Part shown: one piece after another, positions 39,727 to 58,590 of the stretch
How positions within the stretch are numbered: the first letter of the stretch is position 1
How the letters are laid out: every line of letters starts with the position of its first letter
Source of the DNA: the human T2T-CHM13v2.0 reference genome, Homo sapiens
Direction: 5' to 3' (one strand)
Assembly (NCBI RefSeq): GCF_009914755.1
Contig: NC_060933.1
DNA: 64,000 bases
Notes under the pieces: generated by a model
What the model was told of the DNA's origin: nothing
Databases searched by the model: none
The model's input: only the letters and a program-made list of their open reading frames with translations
Position numbers and translations under genes: made by a program

Positions 39727-42071
39727 CCTTCCCATTGTTGTTTCAGATGCACTAGTGTTTCAGATCTGCATCCCCACTGCCATCCAACATAAAGAGAGAT
39801 TCTGTGATGGTGGCTCTAGGTGGCCTTAAGCTCAGTTCTGTTGCTCGATCCAGGAATGGGTGGGTAGGTGGGAGAAAGAGGTAGAATGTCTGTCTTTATT
39901 TGAGCACAGAGAGGTGTGATTTATTAGTGCCCTCTACGGTGTCCAGTTAGGTTGAGTTAAAAAAAAATAACATTACTGAAAACATAGTCAGTCCTAAGGG
40001 GGAAAACCCCTACCATTATAAACTGTGCAATAACAGATACATGAGATTAAGGCTCATGGAAGCCAAGGGACCATGCTAGCTTCATTTCCTTTAGAGAGCA
40101 GCCATCAAATGAGTATTTAATATATCAAAAGTTATTTATTGGAAGATGCAACTAATCATTTCCCAAAAGAGGCTGCTGGTCCATTAGAGGCTGGAAAAGC
40201 AGCTTTTGTGGTCCTTTTCAACATTTACTTCTAAAATTTACTTCTAATAACAAAAATCAATATTGGGATATTAACAAATATCTTGGTTTTGATTTTGTAT
40301 TCAAATAGGGTAGAAAATCTTCATTGTTGTCTGAAACTGGGTTGTCAATTCTTGGCCTACAAATATGATATACCCTACTTATTTATAGCAATCTGCTAGA
40401 GTCATGAGATAATTTAGGGAGAGGAAAACAATGTAGGTAGCATTTTTAAAAAACAATCCGCCAACTACATGTAGAAGTGTACAAAAAACATTTCCTACAG
40501 CCCTATGGCAAGAACACACTGACCTTCAGACTTAACTAATGGGCTATCATAAATATGTATTACAGAAAGGGAGGTGTGATATATGTTTGGCTCCAATGAA
40601 AAGTAACAACTACTGTTTACTAAGCACTCACTATGTGCCGGGCACCAAGGGAACAAGCACTTCATATGCATTTACCTCACTTAATTACTCCATCACTCAG
40701 TGCACACATGAAGCCCTGAAACCACATTTCAGCTCAAGTCCAGCACGAGGAGAGAACAATGAGCAAATACATGCACCGTCCTTCTGTTTAGTTTCCTGGT
40801 TTTAATAAGAGCACCCCTGTTGAGGAGGGACATGGCAAAAGAAAACACATTCCTTCCCCTTCACAAGGGTGAAGCAAGTACAGAAACCCTACAGTCTCTT
40901 GTGAATAACACCATTAATCAAGAAGAAATCCTTATTTAAGGGAAAAAAGAAACAATTATAGAGTTAAATAGAAGCCAAAACACATCCATATACATGCATT
41001 TCCTCTCCCTTAGGATGAGTCAGAATTCAGTTTCATGAATCGGCCTGTGTCCTAGCATGCATTCTAACACGTGCAATCACGTTCTCCTATAGCATGACCT
41101 TCCTGCATCTCTACAAAAGAGTTTCATGCTCACATGTAGCTAGAAAGGAAACAAGAAACACAACTGAGGGTGTACTTTATAAACAGCATTCAGGGAGTTT
41201 CCAGGCCTTTGTAAGTAATGCTCTTAGGGTCACAGGTGTTGCATTTGTTTTCTGTGTCTTTAGGGTAAAGCTCTCTGCAAAGGATTTTACTGAGGGTGGT
41301 GGGTGGGATTCGAAGGCTCTGGGCAAAATGAAACATGGTGGTCTTTGATCACTCCAAGCCAACTAGGAAGAACACACCTATTTGTAAAAGTCCCTGATCC
41401 AAGAACATTACAATTCTCCACAGAAACACAAGCAATACACGGCAGGAGAATGGGGACTCAGGACTTGGGCCTGAGGCACCCACACACATAGCAACAAAGA
41501 AAACAGCATGCAAACAGCAGCTGCACTGCCATACAGTGAAGACGGAGGCTGGTTTTTAGATCCCACATTGGAGAGAACAAAGATGTCCCAATTAATCACA
41601 AGTTAGTCTAGTGGAAAGTTGGGGCTTATGCACCTTATCAACAAATAAAAAGAAAAAAAACCATAGTAAATGCATATATTTTGGCATATATTTTTCATGT
41701 ATATAAACCACAGATTGCACAGACTTCCTATGGCCACAGCTGCCAGCTACATTATCCCTTTCTGAAACGGCTTTGAGAAAGAAAATGAAAGAGGTAAAAA
41801 TATTTCCATCTTATTACCTAGAGAGGGAAAGCGCACGTGCAAGTGAGTAGACTGTTGTCAGGTAATTTTTTGTTTGCCCTAAAGACTATTTTAATACAGA
41901 TTTCTGGTAAATTTTAAGTCATCTAATACATATTTTATTAAAGTTGATAACAATTATCAAAGTACCAACTTTAAGTTATAATATAGAGAAGTCATAATTT
42001 AAAAGGCAGCAAGACAACAAGAGCAATAGTACATCATTGAAGGGAAATTCAGTAAAAGATCACTGTTATTA

Positions 42072-42490
<419 letters not shown>

Positions 42491-42569
42491 AAACAAAATA
42501 CAATGCAATCCTCTATTATATGAGGCATGGAGTCACAGAGCGGTGCTTCAACACCGAGTCTTTTACTTA

Positions 42570-42740
42570 CTATGATCTGCGTTGACTACCCTGAGCCTCA
42601 GTTACCCAGGTGTAAAACAAGATGAGAAATCCCTGATTTTTAGCGTTATTATCAGGATTGAATTAAATGACACAGCAGTACTCGTGAAAGGCCTCACGGA
42701 ATTCTAGGCATATGGCAGGCACTCCATAAATGGTTGTTCA
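42570..42740. mobile_element. MIR fragment
   Basis: ctgagcctcagtt...tgtaaaa...ggcaggcactccataaatggt. Confidence 0.6.
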
Positions 42741-45077
42741 TACAGATAATACATACTTGTGGCCTTAGCATAAACCCAAGGATTAACTGAAATCTTGATC
42801 CTACATCTAGAAATATGACTGTACAACTTGATCTACCAAGACGGCAGACAAGATAGTATACAGTAAGTACCATAATAGACTTTTAAGGATAACATTTTTA
42901 ATTACATCAATATTCATTTTTAATTACTAGAAAAACTATACTTTGATCAATTGAGGCTCTCTTGGTTATAGGTAAAACATGCAGGGATAAGATTCTTTAT
43001 CATAAATAACAGAATAAATTTTCGGAACATTTTACATGTGAATGCCGCTCACTTGAATCAGTAAGTCTTTTTCAAAAATGATCATTTTATATCCCTCTGT
43101 TGATCTCTTTGTTGGGGCTGTGTGTGTAAGAACAAGAATGTGCACGTGTGGAGAAACCAGGCGCTTCCATGTTTTTAATTAAAGTATGGCAGGAATCTGT
43201 TTCTGCTTCTCCAGAAGAACAAGTACAGAACTTCCTTCACAGAACAGAGAAGCCACTTGAATGAGGATTTATGCTGTGATAAGAGCCAAATATCTTTAAA
43301 ATGAAGCAATTGCATAGGTTATTTTGTAAATATTTTATTAATCCTCTAAGAGCCTCCTAAGTGAGGCCTCACAGATACTTAGACTCTTAATCTACTATGA
43401 ATAAACGTTTCAATCCAGCGCCTGCATTCCAATGATCCAGGACAACGTGGTGGGGGGTGGCGGGGGGAGTTTGTAAGGAGGTTTCGGGTATCACAGGTGC
43501 AACTCCCTATCAAGGCACAGAGCCCTGCAACACGCTGCATCACCAGGGACTGCTCGCTCCAGTGATTCAAGGAGGTTACAAAAGTGCAACAGGCCTTGAT
43601 GTCAGCTACGTGGTTTTACATACCTACTGTGTCAGGGACTCACAACCTTCTTGTGAATTTATTCAAGTATAAGAGTTATTTTGTTTCTAACATCATCTTG
43701 CACCTGCCACTGAGCTGGAAGCCTGCTCACTTCTCATGTGCATGCAGTTCACAAATGCTGGCAGTGTTCTCTTTAGTATGAAAGTAAACAAACTCTTGCT
43801 TCTGCTTCCTAACAAATAATTTCTTTAATGCCTTTCCTTGATTTCATTCACACACCTCCAGTTGTAGACATACAGTTACAAGATGAATCCAGAGCCGCCT
43901 GCCTTTCATCACATGCAGTTCCTATTAACATTTAATGAGTGTCCATTGGCAAGTCTATGGATTGCTTTTTCCTCAGCCACTCTCTCAGAAATCCTCCTGC
44001 TGTCTCTGAGCTAACCCAGGATTTCCTCACTCACGTTCTTTACTTTTTTATAACTCAAAACCATCTCCATCCACCAGCCAAAGAAAAAAATTATTAAAGC
44101 CAGTTAGAACATGACATGCCGACATCAATTCAATTTGGCTTTATTGTAAGAATTAATAAAGTGATACATCTAAGAACAGCTCAGGAGCCATCTCCTGAGA
44201 TTCTGCCCCCAACTTTTATATTGAGATAAAGCACCTATGCCTATACCTTCTCTACCTTCTCCAAAGCTTGAATTAAATGTTTGCCTTTAAGTGTAAACTG
44301 GTGTAAAGTGGAAACCAAAACCAAATCTTGTAACTCCTGCTGGCAAAATGATTAACACGAAGAGCCAAAAGACAAAGTTTGGAGAAAAGTAAGAGAAAAA
44401 AAGCCCTATCTAACACCAGGAAAAAACTCCACATAATGGAAAGTGGCAAAGGCACACACGAAGGGCTTTACTTGTAGGATACTTTATCAAGTTTCTTCCA
44501 GCTACATCATACCTCTTCCACAATGGAAATGGCGGGGGAGACAGAACCTATCATCAGTCTGCAACACAGATCCAAAGACCAGATCATTTTCTCCATTCCT
44601 GCTTGTTCCTGGTCTTCACATTGTCCTCCTTTGACAAAGAGATGCCCCTCCCTCTTTCTGTTCTTTGTTTTTGTGTATGATGTTCTAGTTATTTAATATT
44701 ATGTCTCTTTTGTGCTCCAGATCCTGAATGACCCCAGCTGAAGTTTCTTCCCTTCATCCAGGCTTGTTTGATGTCCTAGTTTTATGCCCAAATTTTAGAA
44801 CTATCCTCTTCCTTCTCCAGAACCGACCATTTCTGGGGAACTGATCATTTCCCCCGCAGCCCACCCATTTCCTTCTTTCCTCACATTACTCCACTGGCCT
44901 CTCTCTTTCCATTTTTACTACTGAAAGCAATGTTGTTCTGAAAGGTGTGCAGGGAGACTAGTACACTAAGAGTGTACTGACTGTGTGTGTAACAGGAAAC
45001 ATGGATCATCTCAGAGAAAATGAGACAGGAGTTAACTTTCAGGAGATTGAATGAGAGTGAATGACAGCACGTTCTGA

Positions 45078-45453
<376 letters not shown>

Positions 45454-45632
45454 AAATTCTTGACTAATCTATCCAAATGAAGGGTATACTTGATGCTATC
45501 TCACCGCACTGACAAAAACAGAATTAAATTTCCATTTGTTGCAAATGACGGTTACATATTAACAATGATAGGAGATTATTTTCTAATTCCTCCTCCAACT
45601 ACAAAATTCACAACTGAAAAAGACAAAAATAG

Positions 45633-45975
45633 GGTCAGGCATGGTGGTTCACGTCTGTAATCCCAGCACTTTGGGAGGCCCGGTGGCTCATGTCTGTAAT
45701 CCCAGCACTTCGGGAGGCCAAGGCAGGCAGATCACTTGAGGTTAGGTGTTTGAGACCACCTGGGCCAACATGGCCAAACCTTGTCTCTACTTAAAATACA
45801 AAAATTGGCCAGGCTTGGTGGTGCACACCTGTAATCCCAGCTACTTGAGGCTGAAACAAGAGAATTGCTTGAACCTGGAAGGCAGAGGTTACAGTGAGCC
45901 AAGATTGTGCTACCGAACTCCAGCCTAGGAGACAGGGCAAGACCCTGTCTCCAAAAAAAAAAAAAAAAAAAGAAA
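45633..45975 (+). mobile_element. AluS with 39-bp internal tandem duplication
   Basis: Duplicated unit at 45642-45680 and 45681-45719. Confidence 0.92.
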
Positions 45976-46504
45976 GAAGACAAATATAAATGATTTAAAA
46001 TGGGAGGAGCTAGTAGTAGACCCTAATAATAGCTAACAACTCTTTAAGATCCTCAAATAAATAAATAATTGTTAAAAATGTATTTATTCATTTTCTCTCC
46101 AGGCTGATGTTCAGACAATCTGCACAGGACTGGCATGGCACACAGGCCAATGTCTGGACATCTGCTCCAAGAGTACAGTGTCTTTGCCATTCAGGTCATT
46201 AGGATTAAGATTAAATATTACCCATATTATTTTTTAATATTTAAATACTTAATATTTAAGTATCAAACAAACCTGGAAGAAGGGAAGAAACTTCAGCTGA
46301 GGTCATTCAGGATCCGAAGCACAAAAGAGACACAATATTAAATAACTAGCACATCATACATGAAGACAAAGAACAAAGACAGGGAGGGGCATCTCTTTGC
46401 AGACTGATAAGATTAAATATTTAATATAAGATTAAATATTTCCTCAACATATCTACTTTCCTTTCTTCTCAGAATATTTTGAAAGAACAGTCTTTAATTT
46501 TTGT

Positions 46505-46604
46505 CTCGGGTTCAAGCAATTCTCATGCCTCAGCCTCCATAGTAGCTGTGACTACAGGTGCCTGCCACCACGCCTGGCTAATTTTTGTATTTTAGCAGAG
46601 ATGG
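46505..46604 (-). mobile_element. Isolated internal Alu fragment (about 100 bp; no head, tail or TSD)
   Basis: cgggttcaagcaattctcatgcctcagcctccatagtagctg...tttttgtattttagcagagatgg. Confidence 0.9.
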
Positions 46605-47011
46605 TAACTATATCATTATATGATGTGATGCAATGGTTTTTTCAAAATTCATCTCCTATCCTTTCTACTTATTAATCCTGAAAAAGTTAAAACTAATCAT
46701 GTTCTTCTTTCATAAGTCTTCCATCAAGATGGGTGATGTCTGTGACTGAACTATGATCTATATGCTTACACCTAAATAAATTAGGAAGTGATAGCTCCTC
46801 CTATGGCCTTTCCAATGCTAACTTAGCCCTCAGGATGATGCAGTGAATTCTAACACACGACTTTTAATCATTTCACTCTCTTGCCCAAAGTTCTGTAATG
46901 GCTCCCTGTCTTCCAGAAGAGTAGTCAACAGGCCCATGATCAGTTACAAAATATTAGCACACAGTGCCACTCTGGTATATTTACAGGAGTAAGATTGAAA
47001 TGTGTTAATAA

Positions 47012-47318
<307 letters not shown>

Positions 47319-47648
47319 GGGTTAATAACCGGTACGGCCAGGCAACAAGGCAACAATCAATCTGAACAGATGCCAACATGCCATTACTGATTAGAACAAA
47401 CACCAGCCATAAAAACAATTATTGGGTCACAATTGTATACTGGTTGACTATCACGTTCAAATTACATACACGTACTTACAATACTAATATTTAATGCCTT
47501 ATAAATATATTACACATATAACATGAATATTATAAGACAAATTATAACAAGATAAGGAAAAAAATCAACAGAAATTCAACACTTTCTTAACATATCTCAA
47601 TAAACTGCCTAAATTAGCTATCTAAAAAAAGTTCCACTTAGGAGATGA

Positions 47649-49721
<2,073 letters not shown>

Positions 49722-49894
49722 AAAATGCCATCTTCTGGATAACAAGGTCTCTCATGATCTGGTGCCTGACCAGGTTCTTATGCTTCAGAAATACTGATGC
49801 ACAAAATCCTGGAACATGCTATCACTTCTTCCAATTCTATCCTTGAGTGGATGCTGTTCTGTTACTGTGTTCCTGAAAAACTCCTAATCTCATT

Positions 49895-50071
49895 TCTTTC
49901 TTTCTCTTTTTTTTTTTTTTTTTTTGAGACAGGTTCTCACCTGTCACCCAGGCTGGAGTGCAGTGGCACCAACATGGCTCACTGCAGCCTTGACCTCCTG
50001 GGCTCAAGTGATTTTCCTGCCTCGACCCTCCAAAGTGCTAGGATTATAGGCATGAGCCACCATGCCTGGCC
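49895..50071 (-). mobile_element. Alu monomer (FRAM/AluJ-derived)
   Basis: catggctcactgcagccttgacctcctgggctcaagtga...gagccaccatgcctggcc; about 150 bp plus T tail. Confidence 0.85.
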
Positions 50072-50193
50072 CTACACTCATTTCTTGAGCATCACTTTGA
50101 ATGCTACCTACCTCTTTTGCAAAGTCTTCCTTGACTGCCCAAGACACACTTAGAGACTCCTTTCGCTACTAGTGTTACAATAACAATAGCTAA

Positions 50194-50556
<363 letters not shown>

Positions 50557-51846
50557 TATATGCAGTATCTTGAATAATTTCCCCAACAACCACCAGAAGG
50601 TAGGTACTATTATCATCTCCAAGCTGAGGTTTAAGAGGCTTAAAAGTGTTATTCAAGGTGACACAGCTAACAGAAGGCAGAGGAGGTATCTAGGCCCAAA
50701 TGTGACACTGAGGTGCATACTCATATACCTCTAGTTGTCCATATCCCCAATAATACAAATATCACATAGCATTGCAATTGTCAGTTTGCATGACAACAGG
50801 GATAGTAACTTTTCACTCTTATATTCACAGAAAACTAATGAAAATGTTTGCTGAATGAATATATCTAGTTAAAATCTTGGATTTTAAAAATTAATTATGA
50901 GCTTTTCAGCTTATGTGCTATGGAACATTATACTTTATACCTGTGTGTGCTTTTTATATTTTAAACACTGCTAACAAACTAGGTACTGTATATGACTAAA
51001 TTTTAGTTTATAAGGAGTAAAACTTGCTTTCACCTACAGCAATAAGCAGCTCAGAAAAAGAGCATGTTCAAACAGTGCTAATGATTTGATATGGTTTGGC
51101 TCTGTCCCCACCAAAATCTCAACTTGAGTAGTATCTCCCAGAATTCCCACATGTTGTAGGAAGGACCCGGGGGAGGTAACTGAATCATGGGGGCTGGTCT
51201 TTCCCATGCTGTTCTCGAGATAGTGATGAAGCCTCACGAGATTTGATGGGTTTTTCAGGGGTTTCTGCTTTTGCTTCTTCCTCATTTTTTCTCTTGCTGT
51301 CACTATGTAAGCAGTGGCTTTCGCCTCTCACCATGATTCTGAGGCCTCCTTAGCCATGGGGAACTGTAAGTCCAATTAAACCTCTTTTTGTTCCTAGTCT
51401 CTGGTATGTCTTTATCAGCAACATGAAAACAAACTAATACAGTAAATTGGTACCAGTAGAGTGGGGCGTTGCTGAAAAGACACCCGAAAATGTGAAAGCG
51501 ACTTAGGAACTGGGTAACAGGCAGAGGCTGGAACAGTTTGGAGGGCTCAACAGACAGGAAAATGTGGAAGTTTGGAACTTCCTAGAGATGTGTTGAATGG
51601 CTTTGCCCAAAATGCTGATAGCAATATGGACAATAAAATTCAGATGACGTGGTCTCAGATGAAGATGAGGAACTTGAAGGGAACTGGAGCAAAGGTGACT
51701 TTTGTTATGTTTTAGCAAAGAGACTGGCAGCATTTTGCCCCTGCTCTAGAGATCTGTGGAACTTTGAACTTGAGAGAGATGATTTAGGGTTATCTGGCAG
51801 AAGAAATTTCTAAGCAGCAAAGCACTCAACACTTGCATGCTGCTAA

Positions 51847-52145
<299 letters not shown>

Positions 52146-53145
52146 GGCATTCAGTTTTATAAGGGAAGCAGAGCACAAAAGTTTAAAAAATTTGCAGGCT
52201 GACTATGTGATAGAAAAGAAAACCCCATTTTCTGGGGAGAACTTCAAGCCAGATGCAGAAATTTGCATAAGCAGCAAGGAGCCTAATGTTAATCCCCAAG
52301 AACATGGGGAAACTGTCTCCATGCCATGTCAGAGAACTTCCTGTCAGCCCCTCCCATCACAGGCCCAGAGGCCCAGAAGGCAAAGGTGGTTTCATGGGCT
52401 GAGCCCAGGGTCCCCATGCTGTGTGCAGCCTAGGAACTTGGTGCCCTGTATCCCAGCCGCTCTAGCTGTGGCTGAAAGGGGCCAACATACAGCTTGGGCT
52501 GTGGCTTCAGAGGGTGGAAGCCCCAAGCCTTAGCAGCTTCTACATGGCGTTCTGTGCGCAGATGCACAGAAGTCAAGAATCGAAGTTTCGGAACCTCCGC
52601 CTAGATTTCAGAAGATGTATGGAAACACCTGGATGCCCTGGCAAAAGTTTGCTGCAGGGGCGGGGCCCTCATGGAGAACCTCTGCTGCAGCAGTGCAAAA
52701 GGGAAACATAGGGGAGGAGACCCCACACAGAGTCCCTGCTAGGGCACTGCTTCGTGGAGCTGTGAGAAGAGGGCCACCGACCTTTAGACCCGAGAATGGT
52801 AAATCCACCGACAACTTGTACTATGCACCTGGAAAAGACACAGACACTCAATGCCAGCCCATGAAAGCAGCTGGGAGGGAGGTTGTCCCCTGCAAAGCCA
52901 CAAGGGCGGAGCTGCCCAAGACCATGGGAACCCACCTCTTACATCAGCGTGATGTGGATGTGAGACCTGGAGTCAAAGGAGATCATTTTGCAGCTTTAAA
53001 ATTTGACTGCCCTGCTGGATTTCAGACTTGCATGAACCCTGTAACCCCTCTGTTTTGGCCAATTTCTCCCATTTGGAATGGCTGTATTTACCCAATACCT
53101 ATACCTCCATTGTATCTGGGAAGTAACTAGCTTGCTTTTGATTTT

Positions 53146-53481
<336 letters not shown>

Positions 53482-55403
53482 TTAGCCTTGTCTCAGATGA
53501 GACTTTGGACTGTGGACTTTTGGGTTAATGCTGAAATGAGTTAAGACTTTGGGGGACTGCTGGGAAGGCATGACTGGTTTTGAAATGTGAGGACATAAGA
53601 TTTGGAGGGGCCAGGTGCAGAATGATATGGTTTGGCTGTGTCCCCACCAAAATCTCAACTTGAGCTGTATCTCCCAGAATTCCCACATGTTGTAGGAGGC
53701 ACCGAGGGGGAGGTAACTGAATCATGGGGGCGGGTCTTTGCCGTGCTATTCTTGCAATAGTGAATAAGTCTCACAAGATCTGATGGGTTTATCAGGGCTT
53801 TCTGCTTTTGCTTCTTCCTCATTTTTTCTCTTGCCTCTGCCATGTAAGAAGTGCCTTTCACCTTCCACCATGATTCTGAGGCCTTCCCAGTCATGTGGAA
53901 CTGTAAGTCCAATTAAACCTCTTTTTGTTCCCAGTTTCAGTTATGTCTTTATCAACAGCATGAAAACGAACTAATACATGATTTTCTTAAGATCTGTAAG
54001 GATATATTCCAAAGGCCTCACAAGCACTATATTGTCCTGTAGTAACACAAAGGGAAAGGAGTCTGGACAGTACAGGTATATAACCTCACTGCTTTCTCAT
54101 CTTACTTCTCCTTCCCCTCTCACTTCCTAGGAGAAAGAGGGGAGAAAGGGTCAGTGTGAGACAGAGTTGCAGGGGTAAATAGAAAAGCTGGTAGTAAGCT
54201 TACATGAGGTGCTGCCCTGCATTTGTCAGTGAGAATGATGGAAATTAGGAAAAACTGAGATCTAAGCCTTCAAAACATGTTCTGGTAGCTTTACCTTCAC
54301 CTAGGTTCTTATATATACCTACTCTCCTCTACAGGCTGTGCACTCTTTTAGGATAAAAATTCAGAAGAGGTCACATGGCTTAGTTACCTTCCAACTCCTT
54401 CCAGACTGGCTCGCCTATTCACTCAGTCCTAAACCAGCCTCTTAGCCTTCAAACATAGTGAAACTTCTAAAATCCAAGAATGGTCCACTTCTTATAATCC
54501 TTCTTCTTTTTACATCTCTTAGAGGCAAGTGCTGCTTTATGGAACTTTAGAAATGCCAAGAGATGCACCAGAAAATTCAGCCATTGGAGGCTCAATGAAT
54601 AGTAAATGAAAGGTTAATGTTGGAAGTTATGAGAAACAGCTACTTAATGAAAGGGGTGAAATATAAAAAATTAAGTTTTAGTTATGTTGATATGGATTTG
54701 TGGATCGTGCCAACAGGCATCAGAAGTCAGTGGACATTTGAAAATGTGTAACTGGTACAGAAGGAAGGTGGAAGCATGGGAAATGGACATGGGTCATCCA
54801 CAGAGAGGCAGCAGCTGTATGTGGATACTATGGCAGAGTCCCAAGGCACATCTAGACAGACAGGAGACAACAGTGGAAAAGGACACACATCTGGGAGACT
54901 ACTTTGGAGCTAAGCATGATACAAGAAGAGCAAATCAGGTGGCTCTTACTTCTTTCCCTATTGAGGTGTCCCTAGTGTGTGGGCAGACAAAATGGCACTT
55001 GTCACAGTGGAACCTTACATCTCTGCAGAAGAGAAGAAACTATTTTAATTAGCATTATACAGTGGAATGCCATGGACGAAGAGTCAGAAGAATTCAGATT
55101 CTTTAACAACCGACCATCCTTCAAATTTCTCATCTTCAGAAGGGGATCCTACTTTTTTCCCTTGTGGGGTTCTAACAAGAAACAAACCGGAAAGTGCTCT
55201 GTAAAGGTAAGACTGCTATACAGGGATATGAGGTAGCACTTATGAATTCCTTTAAGAAACTAAAGTTAACTTTTCTGAATTAAAAGGCTAAGAGGAAGTA
55301 TATTTTAAAATATAAAAATAAAAGTGTTGATCCCAGCTCCACCACTGTCAAAGCAACCTTAGACAGTCACCTCACCTCTCCATGTTCCAATTTAAAGTAT
55401 TCA

Positions 55404-55979
<576 letters not shown>

Positions 55980-58439
55980 TTAACTGCACTAACAGAATGC
56001 ACAGTGATCAGCTGTAAAAATTAAGTCACTTATCCTTGCATACTGAATAAAAGTTAGGATTATACATCCTAATTGAAAAGAATATCTCCCAGGAAAAAAT
56101 AAATTAACTCCACATACAAATCACTATATGTTGTTTTTTAAAAATTATTTCATGAAACAGCAGAAAGAAGAACACTTGGGAACATTAGATGTGAAAATAG
56201 GCAAGAGACAATGAGGACCTGAATGAAGGGAGAAAAGTGTTCAAGGGCTATTTAGAAGGCTGAGGCAATGGTATTTACTTAGATGGCTGAGGCAGCACCA
56301 TTTTTCTTTCTTTTGTTTTGTAATTGAATAGAGGAGGTGACAAAGAGGAGAGCATGGGAGATGAACCCTCAATATTGCACCCTGGATGTCCTCCAGGTAT
56401 GTGCTGGTGGGGAGAAGGTTTGATGAGAAAGATGAGTCAAGTTATTAATACACATACTGAGAATAAAGTATCTCTGCAACACTTTGTTTTGAAAATTGCC
56501 TTACTGACTCCTAGTTTATCTTCATATAGTGTAATAGAAAAACGCAAAGTGTTTTAATTGCACTTGAAGCTTTCGTTGAAAAAAAATCAAATTGGTAGAA
56601 TGTTTAACTACTCAGAGAATATCCCAAAACTGAGTTATTTGTAGAAGGAATATTCACATACCATAGTAATTCTAATCTCCCAGTCATTAAAAAAACCCAT
56701 GATGAACACCACATGGTGGGCTCATCTTGGGAGCTCTCTATCAAAAGGTACTGAAAATGGCATTAAAGCAAAAGAACTTCAATCAGACTTCTGTGTTCCA
56801 GCTTCAACACAGAAAGAACTACATAGACCTGGACAGCTGGAAATGCCATGCCATATGAGATTGCAGCAAAGGAGGGAAATATTAAAAGGCTTTTCCACAC
56901 TCTAGGTACAACACTATTCAGAAAGTAGGTCTGACTTTACACCATGGTGAACTCCAGGAAGGCTTTACTCTCGTGAAAATAGCAGAGAATCTATTAAATT
57001 CATGAAGATAAGGACACTGGGTTAGATTTTTCCAAGCCATAATGTTAGCAGGGGTTAATGTGCCTATATAATAGATGATCTTACTGTACATATAACATAG
57101 CCTTGTGAACACATCTGTGTTCACCTGTACACATTATATATACTTGCCTCTTACCCTAAACATGGCTATGTTTTTTAAAACAATGTCAAAAGTTATTTTA
57201 GAAACTCACACTATGTTGCTATGGTGCATGCTGCTGCAAAGAAAAAGCTAATGGGCTCTCTACTTAATGTGATTACAGCCATTATTGACATAATGCCAGG
57301 AAGACGCAAAACCATTAGCATTACGCTACAGCTCACTTAAGCATCCACTCAGATTCGGTATTTGATCCACAATTTTAATTTTGTTCTGCTCTATTCAGAG
57401 CTGCATTACACAAAATGCATAATTAAAAGCTGCTGTGATTCTCTCTACTTCTCAAATTAAAAACATAGCAAACATTTGTAGTTCTAATCCACTAGAAATT
57501 AATAAATCAAACAGTGTCTTTTATCCCCTTTCCTCCATACAATTCAGATTGCAGGTTGGGAATACTTTTGCCTGCAACAGAGTATGCTACAGAAGGAGCA
57601 GCTGCTCAAAGAAAAGTCTCCAAACTGCCTACTGTAAAGGCAAGTGAGAACCTAGAGGGCCTAGCAGCACCGATAGCCTTACAATTCCAAGCTTTAAGCT
57701 GGAAGGGTTTTCTGGAAAGAAAAATTTTAATCAATTCACCATAAATCCTTTTGATGCATTTTCCTTCATTAGCTCACTTTGTCAAGCATACACATGCTCC
57801 TAATTTAATTTAATCAAATGCACCATGTCTTTCTGTCAACAGTGAAGCAATTCCCGTGTCCAAAAGATCTCCTATCAACTCCCTACCCAGGACAGCCTAG
57901 AGGGGAAACTGATGAGAACGAGGAGTTTTGCTTTATCCACCATTAAAACTGAAAGGGTTTCCCCCTAAAGATCTGCCATCAAGAGCTGAGCCACTGACGC
58001 CATTCCTAGTTCCACTGCTACTAGAAGCCTTCATCACTTGCAATAATAGAGGATGATGATTCATTACAATAAAAACAGTATCTACTCCCCTGTGGAAGAT
58101 AATCCTAGGGAAGTTCTGGAAGAAGTATTAAAAACAGCAGCAGAGCAAAGAGGGGGAATGCGTATCTAAACCTAGGCTCCCACACCGCCCTGGAGTTTCT
58201 CCTGTACACACCTGAGGTGCTCCCTTTAGGTCGCCGTGGCCAGTTCTTTCAGCAGGCCATGCTTCTCCAAGTATCTCACCCCTCATCATCACCATTTTCC
58301 TCATTAATTGCAACTCATCCTTCAGACCTCTGCTCAAAGCTCACTTTGTCAAGGAAGTGATTCCAGAAGTACTCTAGATAACTTGCTTTTTAACCCGTGT
58401 GTGTGTGTTGTTTTTTTTAAAAAAAAAAAAAAAACTCTG

Positions 58440-58590
58440 GCAGTTTGACACTGTCCCCTCCCCCTAGTCTGTAAGCTCCAAGAAAGCAGGGACCACGGGT
58501 TTATCTAGCTCACCATTTTAACTTCTAGAACCTCTCAGCTTTGGCACATAGTAGGCACCCAAAAAATACATGTCAAATGACTGAATGCTG
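58440..58590. mobile_element. L2 3'-end fragment
   Basis: ctagtctgtaagctccaagaaagcagggacc...tggcacatagtaggcaccc...aaatgactgaatg. Confidence 0.7.
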
